Source of the DNA: an uncultured Chitinophagaceae bacterium
GTDB lineage: Bacteria > Bacteroidota > Bacteroidia > Chitinophagales > LD1
Direction of reading: 5' to 3'
NCBI GenBank assembly: GCA_964537475.1
Contig: CAZIBY010000007.1
Location: forward strand, 2,837-66,836
Length of the DNA stretch: 64,000 nucleotides
Shown: positions 61,631 to 64,000 of the stretch, piece by piece
Numbering within the stretch: position 1 is the stretch's first letter
Layout: each line of letters opens with the position of its first letter
The notes under the pieces: model-generated
Databases searched by the model: none
What the model was told of the DNA's origin: nothing
What the model saw: the letters and a program-made list of their open reading frames with translations, nothing else
Made by a program: the position numbers and the translations under genes

Positions 61631-61891
61631 TTAACGGTCAAAATCCTTTCCCTTTTCTTTGTTGCGCTGACGCTTCTCTTTTGATTTTTGAAGCTCCTCC
61701 CTAAACTTTTCCCGCTTTAATTCTTGGGAGCCTTCATCCAGACCTTGGAAGTACAGGCTTTTTTTATCCTGAATTCCGTTACGCAAGGCATTCATCGTTT
61801 CAGGGTTTTCCCTCTCCAATTCATATCCATGATTAAAGCCCCGTGCATACGTAGCCTTTTCTTCCTTTGTAAAGTCCTTTTCCTCACTCAT
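61631..61891 (-). CDS. Small hypothetical protein of the mobile element
   Basis: Coupled to the HTH gene; YARGFNHGY motif; charged tail KEKGKDFDR. Confidence 0.65.
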   Translation of the reverse strand: MSEEKDFTKEEKATYARGFNHGYELERENPETMNALRNGIQDKKSLYFQGLDEGSQELKREKFREELQKSKEKRQRNKEKGKDFDR

Positions 61892-62160
61892 ATTATCGTA
61901 TCTTTTGCATGTTTGTCCAAATACTCATAAATGGATTTCAAATCGTAAAGTATGATTTTTCTATCTGGCTGAGTATACCTTATACGCCCCTCATTTCGAT
62001 AATTTTGCATCGTGGTTTTGCTTTTGACATTAAGCTTCTGCATAGCAATTTCTTCAGTCACCCAGCGGTCTTCCTTGACAGCTTGTTTCTGTGCGTAGCG
62101 AGCTAAAACTTCATCAACAAGCTTATACAAAGCTTCATCTTGTAGGCAAATCACTTGCAT
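61888..62160 (-). CDS. Bacteroidota excisionase-like HTH protein
   Basis: MQVICLQDEALYKLV...WVTEEIAMQKLNVKSKTTMQNYRNEGRIRY. Confidence 0.85.
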   Translation of the reverse strand: MQVICLQDEALYKLVDEVLARYAQKQAVKEDRWVTEEIAMQKLNVKSKTTMQNYRNEGRIRYTQPDRKIILYDLKSIYEYLDKHAKDTII

Positions 62161-62411
62161 AGTTATAAAAGTAAATTTCCATCTTTAATCTTCCAAAACA
62201 AGTAGAAGTAAGAAATCCAAAATCAATTTTTACATTCTCATAGGTTCGCAAGGCGGAATCAAAATTAGCAGACCTTAGGTAAAACAGCTATAAGTATGCT
62301 TTTCAGAAAACCAATATCCTCCTCAATATAAATCAAAAAATGACTATCGATTTATACAAAATACTATATATTTGTTAATATAGATCATCTCAAATATTGG
62401 AGAACTTGTGA

Positions 62412-64000
62412 ATGGAAAGTACTACTAAATCTATTGCCTTTATAACCGACCATGAAACAAAGGTCGATTTGCTTAACAATGAAGCCATTGCTAAGACAAT
62501 TATTAGCCTAATAGAACAGAATAAAAAAAATCCCATTACAATAGGTGTCCATGGGGATTGGGGAGCAGGAAAGTCCAGCATTCTCGAAATGATTGAATCT
62601 GGTATGCCTTCAAACGATGATGTTCTATGTTTAAAATTTAATGGCTGGCAGTTTCAGGGGTTTGAGGATGCGAAGATAGCTGTTATTGAAGCTATTGTTA
62701 CAGAACTCATTGAGAAGAGATCGCTCTATACTAAAGCTGCCGAGGAGGTAAAAGAGATTTTAAAGCGCATAGACTGGTTGAAAGTGGCAAAGAAAGCCGG
62801 AGGTCTAGCATTTACGGCGTTCACGGGGATTCCATCTTTTGATACAATAGAAAGCGTCATTAATGTAGCCAAAAGTACTTTAGGCGGTATTACCGGTGCA
62901 GATGCCATTGAGAAAGCTGGCGAGGTAAGCTCAGCCCTTTCAGGATTACTTAAGGAAAAGGGAGAAAGTCAAAATGTCCCTAAGGAAATACAGGAGTTTA
63001 GAAAAGCCTTCAAAAAGCTATTGGAAAAATCAAAAATATCCCGGCTTATTGTCCTTATCGATGATTTGGATAGATGTCTACCAGAAACTGCTATCGAGAC
63101 TCTTGAAGCAATTCGGCTTTTCATTTTCCTTCCTAGTACCGTTTTTATTATAGGTGCGGACGAAGCAATGATTGAGTATTCTGTACGCAAACATTTTCCT
63201 GATCTACCTGAATCAAGTACTTCTCAAAGCTATGCACGAAATTATCTTGAAAAGTTAATACAAGTCCCATTGAGAATTCCTTCTTTGGGTGATACTGAAA
63301 CAAAAATATACGTGACATTGCTTTTGTTAGGCGGTGCCATTGATAATGAATCACAGGAATATACACAGCTGCTTGATTTGGGGCGTAAGGCTCTTCAAAC
63401 ACCTTGGGAGGGAAAAGGGATAGAACATGATGATATAAAGAAAATTCTCAAGGAAAGATTTGAATCCGTTCAAGGATTACTTTTATTATCTGATCAGATA
63501 TCCCCTATCCTGTCAGCTGGAACCAAAGGCAACCCTAGGCAAATCAAACGATTTTTAAATGCGCTTAGCCTAAGACTCAGCTTGTCTAAAGAAAGGGGAT
63601 TTCATGATTCTATAAATGAAAGCACTCTTGCTAAGCTTATGCTTGCAGAACTGTACCTGCCGTCATCTGTTTTTGAGCACATAGTAAATTCTGTAGCAAG
63701 TTCGTCTGATGGTACCTGTGCTGAATTGAATAAAATAGAGCAACTAGAAAGTGAAGCTGGGAAAGTTGTTACTACCTCAAAAGCTACAGTAAAAGAAGTT
63801 CAAGAGGTCGAAGAAATTAATCCGATTTTGGAAGACTGGAAAATACGTAGCGATGTAATGAGATGGGCAAGAATTGAACCTCAAATTGGAGGAAAATCAC
63901 TTAAACCGTATTTATTTGTTATCAAAGATCGTAAGAATTATCTCTCGACTTCTACTCCGCTGTCACCCAAGCTGATTGGACTTTTGCAGAAGCTTCTTGG
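62412..64000 (+). CDS. qatA: KAP-family P-loop NTPase, QatA-like; 3' end outside window
   Basis: Absent from the ORF track; my translation from ATG 62412 gives ETKVDLLNNEAIA, Walker A GDWGAGKS, FNGWQFQGFEDAK, Walker B IDDLDRCLP and GNPRQIKRFLN. Confidence 0.85.
   Translation, partial: MESTTKSIAFITDHETKVDLLNNEAIAKTIISLIEQNKKNPITIGVHGDWGAGKSSILEMIESGMPSNDDVLCLKFNGWQFQGFEDAKIAVIEAIVTELIEKRSLYTKAAEEVKEILKRIDWLKVAKKAGGLAFTAFTGIPSFDTIESVINVAKSTLGGITGADAIEKAGEVSSALSGLLKEKGESQNVPKEIQEFRKAFKKLLEKSKISRLIVLIDDLDRCLPETAIETLEAIRLFIFLPSTVFIIGADEAMIEYSVRKHFPDLPESSTSQSYARNYLEKLIQVPLRIPSLGDTETKIYVTLLLLGGAIDNESQEYTQLLDLGRKALQTPWEGKGIEHDDIKKILKERFESVQGLLLLSDQISPILSAGTKGNPRQIKRFLNALSLRLSLSKERGFHDSINESTLAKLMLAELYLPSSVFEHIVNSVASSSDGTCAELNKIEQLESEAGKVVTTSKATVKEVQEVEEINPILEDWKIRSDVMRWARIEPQIGGKSLKPYLFVIKDRKNYLSTSTPLSPKLIGLLQKLL

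Larger units (their letters stand above)
11432..64000. mobile_element. Composite genomic island downstream of tRNA-Pro (right end outside window)
   Basis: Visible shift to AT-rich DNA after the tRNAs; contains an integrase, excisionase-like HTHs, primase, two relaxases, T4CP, ArdC, and defence and metal-resistance cargo. Internal boundaries are uncertain. Confidence 0.75.

Noticed and set aside
62390-63402. Minus-strand ORFs at the right end
   Set aside because: Antisense to the KAP NTPase frame.

Overview
Bacteroidota chromosome segment (T9SS sorting domains, SprB repeats, TAnnTTTG promoter). Bases 1-11.4 kb are resident host DNA: the 3' part of a SprB/T9SS type B protein, an unknown 463-aa protein, a TPR histidine kinase + NarL-type regulator, a 1329-aa collagen-like protein with a small T9SS-sorted neighbour, and tRNA-Ser(GCT) + tRNA-Pro(TGG). 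From the tRNA-Pro terminator to the window end lies a mosaic genomic island, open on the right. It contains: (i) an AT-rich defence islet with a Fic gene and a coupled operon of two SMODS/CD-NTase-like nucleotidyltransferases flanking a 4-TM protein; (ii) a copper cluster that includes T9SS-sorted enzymes; (iii) a CsoR operon with a canonical sigma70 promoter and operator; (iv) a P4-like integrase beside a tRNA-Val 3' half that has arm repeats on both sides (attP-like); (v) excisionase, primase, MobF relaxase and an ArdC leading region; (vi) MobC + MobP-type relaxase, a Czc-type efflux/ATPase cluster and a VirD4 coupling protein; (vii) a STAS-HATPase / double-PRTase / TIR-like operon and the start of a QatA-like KAP NTPase. 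Best candidates for an undescribed system are the dual-nucleotidyltransferase CBASS-like operon (13246-15538; one enzyme has Asn in place of the third catalytic Asp) and the HATPase-PRTase-TIR-like operon (57578-61532). All calls come from motif reading by eye; no database search was run.
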